32,000 nucleotides of DNA from a bacterium. Lineage in GTDB: Bacteria; UBP7; UBA6624. The notes under the pieces were generated by a model. The model ran no database searches and was not told the origin of the DNA. It saw only the letters and a list, made by a program, of their open reading frames with translations. Shown here piece by piece: positions 7,519 to 17,637 of the stretch; within the stretch, counting starts at the first letter, position 1, and each line of letters opens with the position of its first letter. The stretch is taken from the NCBI GenBank assembly GCA_002716355.1, contig PBAU01000005.1:80425-112424 (forward strand). The letters run 5' to 3'. The position numbers and the translations under genes are program-made.

Positions 7519-8108
7519 TCAAAAAACCACCTTGAGTCAAACTTAACTTCTGAAAGAAACGAGTCTGGATGAAACAACATCCCTATCCAGCGTCTGTCAA
7601 TCGCTTTACATGCTAAAACATCTCCATTTTCAGAAAAGCCTAAACCAGCTAAAACATCTGGAAGCTGTTTTTTAATCATCAAGCTGTTGTATCTCGTAAC
7701 CAACAAAGGAGAATCATAATCATCAAAAAAGCTTTTGTCATGATGCATTTCGACATTTTCTCCATGACATGGATTGTCACTTTTTTGAACACTTCCTCCA
7801 AAATAATGAGTGATCAACTGACAACCCAAACATATACCCAACATTGGCTTTTTTTCCCATTTTTCCATAAGTGCAAGAGTTTCAGGCCAATCTTTTGGAT
7901 GTCCTGGACCAGGCCCTAATACCAAAAAATCATATTTATTCAAATCAACACTACCAACATCATCACAAACATCAACATTACATCCACCTAGAACAAGCCA
8001 TGCCTGAACATTTCTTGTAAATGAATCTTGATGATTTATCAGAAGGGTTTTTATCTTTTTCAATTGCCTTTTAGAACTATACAATTCTATAACATTAAAA
8101 ATATTCAA
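7515..8108 (-). CDS. trpG/pabA: Class I glutamine amidotransferase, anthranilate/aminodeoxychorismate synthase component II type
   Basis: Motifs LINHQDSFTRN, LVLGPGPGHP, GICLGCQ (catalytic Cys) and FHPDS (His, with Asp in place of the usual Glu). The only upstream start candidates are TTG 8108 or TTG 8084, so the start is uncertain. No TrpE/PabB partner is present in the window. Confidence 0.8.
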   Translation of the reverse strand: MNIFNVIELYSSKRQLKKIKTLLINHQDSFTRNVQAWLVLGGCNVDVCDDVGSVDLNKYDFLVLGPGPGHPKDWPETLALMEKWEKKPMLGICLGCQLITHYFGGSVQKSDNPCHGENVEMHHDKSFFDDYDSPLLVTRYNSLMIKKQLPDVLAGLGFSENGDVLACKAIDRRWIGMLFHPDSFLSEVKFDSRWFFD

Positions 8109-8136
8109 TCTATGATTGAAAACTGGGGGGTTTTAT

Positions 8137-9501
8137 ATGAATTTTTCAAGACGTTCTCTAATTAAATTTTTAGGTTCATTGGGTTTTTTAGGCATTCCTG
8201 AAATGCAAAAAAAATATTCACTAAAAACAAAGCTGATCGAACCTAAGCAAATTGGTCAAACCATGATAAACAAGAAGTTTAAACCACTAGATAAAGTAAG
8301 AGTAGGAATAATTGGACTTGGAAACAGGGGCTCTGGCCACGTTGGAAATCTATTAGACATAGATAAGGTTGAAATAGTTGCACTGTGTGACAAAATCAAA
8401 GCAAAAGCCGAACGCTCAGCTAAAAGAATAACTGACAAAGGTTATCAAAAACCAGCAATATACTCAAATGGGGAATCTGATTTTGAAAATCTCTGCAAGC
8501 AGGATGACATTGATATTGTCTATATAGCGACCAATTGGATATGGCATGCCCCAATGGCAATTTGTGCAATGGAAAACGGCAAACATACAGCGTTAGAGGT
8601 TCCAATGGCAACAACCATAAAAGAATGTTGGGACATGATCAACGTTTCAGAAAAAACACAACGTTTTTGCGTCATGCTTGAAAACTGTTGCTACAACTAC
8701 TGGGAAATGATGATATTAAACATGGTGAGGAAAGGAGAGTTTGGAGATCTTACACATGCTGAATGTGCTTATATCCATGATTTGAGAGGGCTTCTCTTCC
8801 ATGATACATACTACGAAGATCATTGGAGGAGAAAATGGTACACACAAGCAGATGGGAACTTTTACCCCACACATGGTTTGGGACCAGTTGCACAATACAT
8901 GAACATCAATTATGGTGACAAGTTCGAATATATGGTTTCAATGAGCTCTCCAGAATTTGGAATGTCAAAATGGGCTAAAGAAAAACTACCAGCAGGACAT
9001 CCAGCAAAAAATGAAAAATATGTCCGTGGAGACATGAATACAAGTATCATAAAAACAAACAAAGGCAAAACTATCATGCTGCAGCATGACACAGTAAGCC
9101 CAAGACCTTATTCCAGGATAAATATGGTATCGGGCACAAAAGGTACATTCTCTGACTATCCTGCAAGGCTTTACCTTGATGGTCAAGAAGGTGGACATTC
9201 ATGGAAGCAAGGTTCTGACCTTGATCCAGTCAAAAAACAATTTGAACATCCTTTGTGGAAGAAAATTGGTGAGATTGCGCGAAAATCAGGCGGCCATGGT
9301 GGTATGGATTTTGTGATGAACTACAGGATGATGACAGCACTTCTTGAAGGCAGGAAAGTTGACATGGATGTCTATGACGGAGCAGCATGGAGCGCACCAT
9401 TTCCACTAAGCATACTTTCCGTTAAGAATCGTTCAGCTCCAGTTGATTTCCCTGATTTCACTAGGGGTAAATGGAAAACAAGGGGTGAGTTCCTAATTTG
9501 A
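8137..9501 (+). CDS. Tat-signal Gfo/Idh/MocA-family NAD-dependent oxidoreductase, GH109 (alpha-N-acetylgalactosaminidase)-like
   Basis: ATG 8137 has a GGGGGG tract 6 nt upstream. MNFSRRSLIKFLGSLGFLG is a twin-arginine motif. VGIIGLGNRGSGH is a Rossmann motif. Length and C-terminal pattern are typical of the GH109-like group. Confidence 0.78.
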   Translation: MNFSRRSLIKFLGSLGFLGIPEMQKKYSLKTKLIEPKQIGQTMINKKFKPLDKVRVGIIGLGNRGSGHVGNLLDIDKVEIVALCDKIKAKAERSAKRITDKGYQKPAIYSNGESDFENLCKQDDIDIVYIATNWIWHAPMAICAMENGKHTALEVPMATTIKECWDMINVSEKTQRFCVMLENCCYNYWEMMILNMVRKGEFGDLTHAECAYIHDLRGLLFHDTYYEDHWRRKWYTQADGNFYPTHGLGPVAQYMNINYGDKFEYMVSMSSPEFGMSKWAKEKLPAGHPAKNEKYVRGDMNTSIIKTNKGKTIMLQHDTVSPRPYSRINMVSGTKGTFSDYPARLYLDGQEGGHSWKQGSDLDPVKKQFEHPLWKKIGEIARKSGGHGGMDFVMNYRMMTALLEGRKVDMDVYDGAAWSAPFPLSILSVKNRSAPVDFPDFTRGKWKTRGEFLI

Positions 9502-9536
9502 CGACTGAGAAGTTATTGAGTAATCAGTAATACAAG

Positions 9537-10409
9537 TTAGAGAAGGAAAATCAAGGACACACCCACTATCGCTATCAATGCACCCACAACAACACGTTTT
9601 TGGGGAATCTCTTTTGCGATGATCCATGCGATAGGGATTGCAAATATCGGAGTTGTCGTTCCCAAGAAACTCAATTGTGTTGCAGTTGTCAATTTTGCAG
9701 CTGACTGGTAAAGACAAATCCCTATACCGGTGCCTAAAAATGCTCCAATCATCAAAGGTTTCAAATGGGGGCCTTTTGAGATTGCTGAAAGATATTTTGA
9801 TCTTAAATCCTTTCTCATGATGAAAGCCATGCCGATAACGCCACCAAAAACCCTGAAAAAAGCAGATGTGCCCAGGCTCAAATCTTGATCCAGGTCAAAT
9901 GACCATCTTGCCAAAACTTGTGCAATCGCAACACATAGGCACGCAAGAAAGATGAGCCTAAAGCCTTCCTTGGAAATATTCTTAACAGGTCCATGCAGAT
10001 AAAAAACACCAATCAAAACCAAAAACATTCCGGAGAAAGACCCTGCGCTTGGACTCCTATCGAGGATAAAGAATTCCAATATGAGTGTCAATACAGGTGT
10101 CAAAAGCGCCATGGATGTAGCCTTGCCTACTCCTAATCTCCCTATAGCAGATAAAAAAAACACATCACCAAAAGCCATGCCGATAACGCCTGAAGCAAAC
10201 ATCAACTGCCATGCAAGATCAACATCTCCAGGATTCCAACCACCTGTAAAAAACATCCAGCCGGTCACAAAAACAAGACCAACAGAATTCTTAATTAAAT
10301 TTATCTGTGAAGAATCAATGTGCCTTTCAGCTATCTTGAAAAATGAAAGAGCAACTGCCCATATTGCACATCCAATCAATATAAGGGTATTTCCTAAAGA
10401 TTCGTTCAA
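9537..10409 (-). CDS. EamA/DMT-superfamily transporter (10-TM permease)
   Basis: 290 aa, uniformly hydrophobic, with two repeated halves typical of EamA domains. The apparent start is TTG 10409, 4 nt after the thyX stop. Confidence 0.75.
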   Translation of the reverse strand: MNESLGNTLILIGCAIWAVALSFFKIAERHIDSSQINLIKNSVGLVFVTGWMFFTGGWNPGDVDLAWQLMFASGVIGMAFGDVFFLSAIGRLGVGKATSMALLTPVLTLILEFFILDRSPSAGSFSGMFLVLIGVFYLHGPVKNISKEGFRLIFLACLCVAIAQVLARWSFDLDQDLSLGTSAFFRVFGGVIGMAFIMRKDLRSKYLSAISKGPHLKPLMIGAFLGTGIGICLYQSAAKLTTATQLSFLGTTTPIFAIPIAWIIAKEIPQKRVVVGALIAIVGVSLIFLL

Positions 10410-10413
10410 CTAT

Positions 10414-11121
10414 CTAAGATTTGTCCCAATGAACTTCATTCCAAATCTTTGTTGATTCAGGGAAAATTTCAAACATAATTTCCTTGATGGCTCTTGCATA
10501 TTCTTGAATCTCCCATTGAGCTGTTTTCTCATCTCTCAAATCCAAGAAATTCATTACCGCCTGAAAAGATGCTGTCCAATAAACTTCAGTATACTGGTTC
10601 AATGGCAATATCATTCTCGCTTGCTCTTTGCCAACGCCAAGATCCAAAAGCTGCTGATAATAATCCTGTGAAGCGTTCATGAAGTTTTCAAAAACCTCTT
10701 TGGCTTTCTCAGGATTGTCAACAGACCCCTCACTTCCTTGCTTGTTATCTTCAGATTGCCTTCTCCACCTTTCTGGCTGGTAAAAATCCTCAACTGGAAC
10801 ATATCTTCCACTAATTTCATTCCAAGCATGATCTTTGGTTGGATAAGATGATGAGGTTTCTATTCCCACAACATGTTTGTACCACTGACGCATGACGAAC
10901 TCTGGTGCTTTAACATGAAACTGAATATACATATGTCTAAATGGGGAATAATGCTTATGAACTGCAAGATATTTAACCAAACCCCTATCGGCAGAATCAA
11001 AAGTTTTTTTTCTTTTCCCAAATGAAACCCTGGCTGAATTCACAACAGTTAAATCAGAGCCTAAAGAATCCACGACCTCAATGAAACCTTTGTCCAAAAC
11101 ATTTTTTTTGATTGGTTCCAT
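10414..11121 (-). CDS. thyX: FAD-dependent thymidylate synthase
   Basis: Motifs GFIEVVDSLGSDLTVVNSARVSFGK, SPFRH..QFHVKAPEFVMRQWYKH, EISGRY and EQARMILPLNQYTEVYWTASFQAVMNFLDLR follow the ThyX pattern. Confidence 0.88.
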   Translation of the reverse strand: MEPIKKNVLDKGFIEVVDSLGSDLTVVNSARVSFGKRKKTFDSADRGLVKYLAVHKHYSPFRHMYIQFHVKAPEFVMRQWYKHVVGIETSSSYPTKDHAWNEISGRYVPVEDFYQPERWRRQSEDNKQGSEGSVDNPEKAKEVFENFMNASQDYYQQLLDLGVGKEQARMILPLNQYTEVYWTASFQAVMNFLDLRDEKTAQWEIQEYARAIKEIMFEIFPESTKIWNEVHWDKS

Positions 11122-11124
11122 GAT

Positions 11125-12297
11125 TTAATAAAAACCATCTAGGCCAGTGATCTCTCTGCCAAGTATCAACTCATGGACCTCATGGGTTCCTTCATACGTG
11201 AAAACACTTTCCATATTTTGTGAATGCCTCATGCAATGAAAATCAGCCAATATTCCAGATCCACCAAGTATGGATCTCGCTACCCTCGCAGCTCTTAAAC
11301 CTAATTCACAGCAGAACATTTTTGCCATTGAAACATGCTGATGCCTCAAGCTGTCTTTCTCTTTCATCCTGCCAAACTGCAACATCATTATTTGACCCAA
11401 TGAAATGTCAGTATGCAATTCGACAAGTTTTTTTTGTGTTAATTGAAATTGAGCAATAGGTTTGTTGAATTGAACTCTTTCCTGAGAATACTTTAATGCT
11501 TCTGCATAACAATCAGTTGCCAAGCCTAAAGTTCCCCACGCAATACCAAACCTTGCTTGATTGAGACATGAAAGTGGTCCGCTTAAACCTTTAGCTTCAG
11601 GCAGTCTGTTTGAATCTGGAACATTGACCTTGTCAAGAACAAGTTCACTAGTTCTGCTCGCTCTCAAAGAAAGCTTTCCTTCTATTTCAGGAGCACTAAA
11701 GCCTGGCATTCCTTTTTCAACTACAAAACCAAGAATTTCACCAGATGAAGAATCTTTTGCCCACACTACAGCTAAATCAGCAATGGAGCCATTAGTGATC
11801 CACATTTTTCTGCCAGTTATTTCCCATGAGTCACCTTTTTTTGTTGCTGTGGTTGACATCCCTCCAGGATCGCTACCTGCATTCGGTTCCGTAAGCCCGA
11901 AACAACCAACAAGCTCCCCTTTTGCCATTTTTGGCAACCATCTCATTTTTTGCTCTTCGCTACCATAACGATAAATTGGATACATACATAATGCACCTTG
12001 AACAGAGACAAATGATCTAATTCCAGAATCACCAGCCTCAAGCTCATGCAGCATCAAGCCATAAGCAACGTGATTTAAATCCATTCCTCCATATTTTTTT
12101 GGAAGCGTTGGTCCCAAGAAACCCTTTGCAGCAATTTTTGGTATCAGGTCAGTAGGAAATTTTCCCTCTATATAACAATCTGAAATAATTGGGTTAACCT
12201 CTTTCTCAACAAAAGATCTTGCAGCGCTCCTAACACCTTTTTCTACAGCAGACAACTGATTATCTAGTTCAAAAAAATCTGGAGCACCAACAGGCAT
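11125..12297 (-). CDS. Acyl-CoA dehydrogenase, glutaryl-CoA dehydrogenase-like
   Basis: GCFGLTEPNAGSDPGGM, KMWITNGSIADLAVVWAK and the C-terminal YEGTHEVHELILGREITG match the GCDH subgroup pattern. Confidence 0.85.
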   Translation of the reverse strand: MPVGAPDFFELDNQLSAVEKGVRSAARSFVEKEVNPIISDCYIEGKFPTDLIPKIAAKGFLGPTLPKKYGGMDLNHVAYGLMLHELEAGDSGIRSFVSVQGALCMYPIYRYGSEEQKMRWLPKMAKGELVGCFGLTEPNAGSDPGGMSTTATKKGDSWEITGRKMWITNGSIADLAVVWAKDSSSGEILGFVVEKGMPGFSAPEIEGKLSLRASRTSELVLDKVNVPDSNRLPEAKGLSGPLSCLNQARFGIAWGTLGLATDCYAEALKYSQERVQFNKPIAQFQLTQKKLVELHTDISLGQIMMLQFGRMKEKDSLRHQHVSMAKMFCCELGLRAARVARSILGGSGILADFHCMRHSQNMESVFTYEGTHEVHELILGREITGLDGFY

Positions 12298-12328
12298 ACA
12301 GCAATTCTATCTAATTAGATTTAAAAAT

Positions 12329-13474
12329 TCAAACTTTAGCAATAGCATTCAAAATGCTCTCGCCCAGCAATTCAACCTGCCATTTTCTGATCCCATGAAC
12401 ATTTTGTAACTCTTTAAGGTTTTTAGGATTGCAAAGAGCAATAGCATTCAAAATTCTTGCTGGAAGCAATACACCTGGAAGCATATTTAATTTTTTACTT
12501 TTTTTCAACCTCATCTCACGAATAGCCTTTGTTAAATGATCTGGGCCTTTCTTGTATTTTTTCTTTTTAGGTGGAGAGAAAACAGGTAATGGTTTTTCAC
12601 TTGATTTCATAAACTTAATTGCCTTGATAAATTTTTTCTTGATTTTAAAATCCATCTTTTTTGGAAAAACATCTTCATATGCTTCATAATTTTTAGCAAT
12701 ATCCAAAAGCTGCTGATTCCCAATTAACCTAAAAGAGGCTAGATTCTTTTTTCTGCAGATTGATTCTCGTGTTTCAAACAAGGTCTCTAGAATTGCTAAT
12801 TGAGATTTGCTCAACTTCTTGGCTCCTTTTATCTTATGAGAATGCTCTTTGGTAGTCTCGCTCTGAATCACTGGAGTCAAATTCTGGTATATAGAACATT
12901 CCTCTAGATACCATTTCAATCTATCCTTTTCTTCAAGCTCTTTTACAAGCTTTTCTCTTAAATCCTTTAGATGAAGAACATCTAATGCAGCATAATCGAT
13001 CAATTCATCACTCAGGGGTCTTTTTGCCCAATTTGCCCTTTGAAGCCTTTTGGACTTATTTACCCTTATCTCTAAAAAATCATTCAACAATGTATCTAAA
13101 CCAGGTGATGGACAACCCAGCAAATCAGCAGCTATCTTTGTATCTTCAACATTTTTTGGAATAATGTTGTAAGTTTCATAAATCATCTGAAAATCGTATT
13201 CCGACCCATGAAAAATTTTCAAAATCTGATCATTACCGAAAATATTATGCATTGGAACAAGGCTGTCCTCTTTCCATAAAATGGGATCGACAAGAAAAGC
13301 ATATTTTTTAGACTCATCCTCTACACACAATTGCCACAAACAGGGTTTGGCTTTGTAAGCATAAAAACCATCAGCCTCCATGTCAATCGAAATTTCCTCA
13401 AACATTTCAATAAAATCTAGCATTTCAAAGAATTCCTTAGATTCCTTTATGAAAACAATTGAAAATTCTTTCAT
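12329..13474 (-). CDS. rnd: Ribonuclease D (DEDDy 3'-5' exonuclease plus HRDC domain)
   Basis: ISIDMEADGF (ExoI), HGSEYDFQMI (ExoII) and YAALDVLHL (ExoIII), with a helical HRDC-like C-terminus. I prefer ATG 13474 (MKEFSIVF..) over the track's TTG 13531, which would abut the divergent MFP start. Confidence 0.8.
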   Translation of the reverse strand: MKEFSIVFIKESKEFFEMLDFIEMFEEISIDMEADGFYAYKAKPCLWQLCVEDESKKYAFLVDPILWKEDSLVPMHNIFGNDQILKIFHGSEYDFQMIYETYNIIPKNVEDTKIAADLLGCPSPGLDTLLNDFLEIRVNKSKRLQRANWAKRPLSDELIDYAALDVLHLKDLREKLVKELEEKDRLKWYLEECSIYQNLTPVIQSETTKEHSHKIKGAKKLSKSQLAILETLFETRESICRKKNLASFRLIGNQQLLDIAKNYEAYEDVFPKKMDFKIKKKFIKAIKFMKSSEKPLPVFSPPKKKKYKKGPDHLTKAIREMRLKKSKKLNMLPGVLLPARILNAIALCNPKNLKELQNVHGIRKWQVELLGESILNAIAKV

Positions 13475-13530
13475 TTTTTTGATTATATTTTTACAATTGA
13501 TGGATTGGGCTTTAGCTAGGAGGTTAACCA

Positions 13531-14571
13531 ATGAAGAAACATGTTATTTTATTAAGTTTTCTAATATTGTTCGGATGTTCTGAAGAAAACACGGAATCAC
13601 AAATTGAAAAAAAAGAGAGCATACCTTTAGTAACATGGGTGAACCCAATAGAAACTATACAAAAAAAATACTACCCTGCACTTGGCTTGATAAACACAGT
13701 AGGTGCTGGAAATATAAACTGGAGCACCTCTGGAACTATTGAAGAAATACTTGTCAAAGAGGGTGATGAAGTAGCTAAAGGTCAAAAAATGGCATCATTA
13801 GAATGCGAGATGCAGATTCTAGATAGATCGAATTCAATACTGCTCTTAAGACAAGCAGAACTAGCCTTGGATGATGCTGATAAAAATTACGAAAGAGCTA
13901 AAAAAATATCAGAAACAGGAAGCATAAGTCAAGAACAATTAGAAAAATTAGAAATGGCAGTCAGTCAAGCTGTCTTGAATTACGAAAGTGCCGAAATAGC
14001 ATTGAATTTAAGAAACATGCAAGTTGAAGATTGTGACATCGTCGCACCTTTTGATTTAAATGTTGAATTTGTTTTCTCAAGATTGGGAAATGATGTTGCC
14101 ATCGGAATGCCTGCGTTAAAAATACTACCCTTAAAAGGAATGCGTATGGAGGTTATGCTAGCTCCTCATGTAGCAAAAGAAATACAAATTGGAAATACGC
14201 TTGTAGATGAAAATGAAAATATATGGAGGCTTTCTCACAAATCAGGATCCTCAGACATGACAACAGGAGCTATGAATACACTATGGGAAGCAACAGAAGA
14301 ATCAAATCCTGAAAATGGAATCTGGGTGACAACCAGTATAGATATGGGTGATGTTCAAGGGTATATAGTGCCACTAGCAAGCATTGTTCAGCTTCAAGGC
14401 CCAGGTGTATATCTGATAAATGACCAAGATGAAATTAAATGGATTCCGGTTGATATATTGGTTGAAAATGATAATGATGCCTTGGTTGAAGGTCTGACCT
14501 CATCACAAAGAATAGTCTTGAGAAGACCAGGCAATCTACGAGACGGGCAAAAAATACGAACAGGTGAATAA
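13531..14571 (+). CDS. RND efflux periplasmic adaptor (membrane fusion protein), lipoprotein
   Basis: AGGAGG lies 7 nt upstream of ATG 13531. MKKHVILLSFLILFGC resembles a lipobox. The protein has a biotinyl/lipoyl-like motif (VKEGDEVAKGQKMASLE) and a coiled-coil hairpin. TAA abuts the ATG of the RND pump (TAAATG). Confidence 0.85.
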   Translation: MKKHVILLSFLILFGCSEENTESQIEKKESIPLVTWVNPIETIQKKYYPALGLINTVGAGNINWSTSGTIEEILVKEGDEVAKGQKMASLECEMQILDRSNSILLLRQAELALDDADKNYERAKKISETGSISQEQLEKLEMAVSQAVLNYESAEIALNLRNMQVEDCDIVAPFDLNVEFVFSRLGNDVAIGMPALKILPLKGMRMEVMLAPHVAKEIQIGNTLVDENENIWRLSHKSGSSDMTTGAMNTLWEATEESNPENGIWVTTSIDMGDVQGYIVPLASIVQLQGPGVYLINDQDEIKWIPVDILVENDNDALVEGLTSSQRIVLRRPGNLRDGQKIRTGE

Positions 14572-17500
14572 ATGAGATTTTTAACAGATTACCTTTTAGA
14601 TAAACCAAGGTTAGTTTACCTGCTTATTGCAGGGCTTCTTTTTGGTGGGTACCAAGCTTACAAATCGATTCCTACAGCATCTACCCCTGATATAAAAGTT
14701 CCTTACGTGATAGTTAACATACCTTGGCCCGGCTCTTCATCATCCTCTGTTGAAAAAAGTTTAACCAATCCACTTGAGACAAAGATGGATGATTTGAAAG
14801 AATTAAAAAGCATGCGATCATATTCAGTTCCAGGCTTCAGCTTTTTAGTTCTCGAATTTAATGCTGGCTATGACCTAGATAGAGCAATTAGCGAAGTGCA
14901 AAATTCAGTAGATGAATCAAGATCCTTGCTGCCTGCCGGAATTGAAACCCCCGATATATCTGAAATAGCATTTGAGGAAGTTCCAATAGTAATACTGACT
15001 GTATCTGGCGATATGGATTCTGAAGCGCTTAAAAGAGAAGCTTTACTTATTGTCAGCGAAATTGAGAAGCTTGACGGCTTGGCCAGTGTGGAACTTTTTG
15101 GAGCCAAAGAAAACACAATACAAATTGAACCTAACCCTTCTAAGTTACGTCAAAAAGGATTAACTTTGACTGAACTGTCCAACTCTGTTCAACAGTTGCT
15201 TTTTGACATGCCAATAGGCGCCCTTGATACCGGATCACAAGAATTGCAAATTTCCTATAGGGGTAAATCTGAAACTGTAAAAGAGATAAGCAACCTGATT
15301 GTTCCAGATGCATATGGAAACTCTTTTTTATTAAGCGATATAGCAAAAATAAAAATCTCACCAAAAAAAATCACCACTTTCTCTCGTCACAATGGTCAAA
15401 AATCCATAAATATTGTTGTTAAAAAAACAACTGGGGAAAACACTGTAAAAGTTGGAGAAAGCGTGTTTTCACTTATTGATGACCTAAATACAAAAAATCC
15501 CAATTTAAAAATAGAAATCGCCCAAGAGCAAGTTTCTGGAGTAAGGGATGAACTAATTGGCGTAATGGTCAACAATCTATCTGATGGTTTTTGGATAGTT
15601 ATTATCGTTTTAATCCTTTTTGTTGGTTTTAAAAACTCTTTGCTTGTCGCTCTTGGCATCCCTTTAGCTCTTGGTTTTTCTTTGATAATCGCAAACAGCA
15701 TTGGTTACTCTCTAAATAACGTAACTGTTTTTGGAATAATCATAGTGCTCGGAATGCTAGTCGATGATGACATTATTGTTGTTGAAAATATATTCAGACA
15801 AGTCGAGAAGGGAATAGATCCAAAAAAAGCTGCAAGAAAAGGCATACATCAAGTAAGCATGCCGATAACAGCAGCAATTCTGACAACCATTGCTGCTTTC
15901 GGGCCTCTCATGTTCCTGTCTGGAACCATGGGTGAATTTATGAAATACGTTCCTGCGATGGTTATATTTACTCTAGCTGGTGCATTGATTACTGGGCATT
16001 TCATCCTTCCTTCAGTATGTGCAATTTTCATGAAGCAAGAAAAAAAGAAAAATATTTTTACTGGCATTGATTTTTCAGGTTATGCTGGAAAGCATAAAAA
16101 AATTGTTTCAAACCTTATAAAAAACCCTTGGAGAACACTTGCTGTTTTTGTGCTTTTTTTCATAGGTTCAATGTCACTTGTTCCCAAATTACTTGAAAAT
16201 GCTGAATTTTTCCCAAAGGTTTCCATGAAAGAATTCATAATAGATATTGAAGCTCCATGGGGAACATCTGTAGAAATAACAGATGTGATTGCAAAAGAGG
16301 TGGAAGAGGTGCTTGATGCAACTCCCGAAATTGACTTCTACACAACAAGTGTAGGTGACTCAGGTGAAAATGTAGTTGGGACAATAGGTGGCGGCGGTGG
16401 TCCACATTTCGCAAGAATAACAGGATCCTTTTATGAAAAACACAGAAAGGAAGCAATAGATGTGCATCAGCCTAAATTGCAAGAGATTTTTGACAATATA
16501 CCTGGGGCAAAAATACAATTCGTAGAAATAACAGAAGGCCCTCCGGCTGGAAACGATATCATCATTAGAGCTCTAGGTGACAATTATGATGAATTGATTG
16601 AATATACAGACATGCTGGAAAGCATAATGTTAGCAAACCCCGTTTTAACTGAAATTGACAGAAGTCACCAACCAGGAAATCCTGAATTAAAAATACAAAT
16701 ACTTGAAGACAAAGCTGCAAGATTGGGTGTGGCCCCTTTTAGCATTGCAAATGAATCAAAAAATGCTTTTGATGGGTCTGTAGTCATGAAGATGCCTGTT
16801 GATAATCAAGATGAAGATGCAGACGTGATAATAAGATATCCATCAGAATTCAGAAAGAAAATATCAGATCTTTCCTTAGTGTCAGTGAGAAACAATCAAG
16901 GTTTTCTGGTTCCGATTGATATGGTTTCAAAAACCACTCGACAGGTAACCCCTGTTCTTTTTTCTCACTGGAATGGAAAAAAGACAATATCCATATCAGC
17001 CAATGTAAAGCCACAAGGCCCCCCTTCGCAAATTGTTTTAGAGGATATTAAAAAAACTATTGAATCCAACCAAGTTCCAAATGGGATCATTATTGAATAT
17101 GGTGGAGAGAATGAAGAAGCAATGACTGGTCAATCTGAAATGGGTACTGCTTTCCTTGTTGCAATAGGTTTGATTTCATTACTTCTAGTTGCTGTTTTCA
17201 ATTCTTTTAGACAATCAATGGTTGTCATTGCAGCGATACCCTTTGCTTTAATTGGTGTAATCGTAGCCCTTTTGATAAGCGGTGAGTCTTTTGGTTTCCT
17301 TGCCCTTATGGGGGTGGTTGCATTGACTGGAATTATTGTGAATGACTCAATTGTCTTAATAGACAGGATCAATCAGTTAAGGGAGAAAGGAATGAGTTTA
17401 ATGGAGTCTGTTTCCTTGGGAACCTCACAGAGGCTTAGACCAATACTGATGACTAGTGTTACAACAATTGGAGCACTGATTCCTATGAGCCTAGATACAA

Positions 17501-17637
17501 CCGGTCAGGCTGAATGGTTCAGAGCGCTTGGTGTTTCTATCATGGGAGGGCTAGCTGTAGGCACGGTTCTAATAATCTATTTAATTCCATGCCTGTATGT
17601 GATTGCCGAAAGAAAAAGAGGTGCTAAAAATGTTTAA
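14572..17637 (+). CDS. RND-family inner-membrane efflux pump (AcrB/HAE-type, 1021 aa)
   Basis: 12-TM architecture with two large periplasmic loops. Characteristic TM4 region VFGIIIVLGMLVDDDIIVVENI and its repeat VVALTGIIVNDSIVLIDRI. Confidence 0.92.
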   Translation: MRFLTDYLLDKPRLVYLLIAGLLFGGYQAYKSIPTASTPDIKVPYVIVNIPWPGSSSSSVEKSLTNPLETKMDDLKELKSMRSYSVPGFSFLVLEFNAGYDLDRAISEVQNSVDESRSLLPAGIETPDISEIAFEEVPIVILTVSGDMDSEALKREALLIVSEIEKLDGLASVELFGAKENTIQIEPNPSKLRQKGLTLTELSNSVQQLLFDMPIGALDTGSQELQISYRGKSETVKEISNLIVPDAYGNSFLLSDIAKIKISPKKITTFSRHNGQKSINIVVKKTTGENTVKVGESVFSLIDDLNTKNPNLKIEIAQEQVSGVRDELIGVMVNNLSDGFWIVIIVLILFVGFKNSLLVALGIPLALGFSLIIANSIGYSLNNVTVFGIIIVLGMLVDDDIIVVENIFRQVEKGIDPKKAARKGIHQVSMPITAAILTTIAAFGPLMFLSGTMGEFMKYVPAMVIFTLAGALITGHFILPSVCAIFMKQEKKKNIFTGIDFSGYAGKHKKIVSNLIKNPWRTLAVFVLFFIGSMSLVPKLLENAEFFPKVSMKEFIIDIEAPWGTSVEITDVIAKEVEEVLDATPEIDFYTTSVGDSGENVVGTIGGGGGPHFARITGSFYEKHRKEAIDVHQPKLQEIFDNIPGAKIQFVEITEGPPAGNDIIIRALGDNYDELIEYTDMLESIMLANPVLTEIDRSHQPGNPELKIQILEDKAARLGVAPFSIANESKNAFDGSVVMKMPVDNQDEDADVIIRYPSEFRKKISDLSLVSVRNNQGFLVPIDMVSKTTRQVTPVLFSHWNGKKTISISANVKPQGPPSQIVLEDIKKTIESNQVPNGIIIEYGGENEEAMTGQSEMGTAFLVAIGLISLLLVAVFNSFRQSMVVIAAIPFALIGVIVALLISGESFGFLALMGVVALTGIIVNDSIVLIDRINQLREKGMSLMESVSLGTSQRLRPILMTSVTTIGALIPMSLDTTGQAEWFRALGVSIMGGLAVGTVLIIYLIPCLYVIAERKRGAKNV

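Noticed and set aside
9502-9536. Possible terminator in the convergent gap between the GH109-like gene and the EamA gene (also 24530..24562 and 2180..2229)
   Set aside because: I could find no GC-rich hairpin followed by a T-tract, only an AGTAAT direct repeat. No intrinsic terminator can be supported in any of the convergent gaps.
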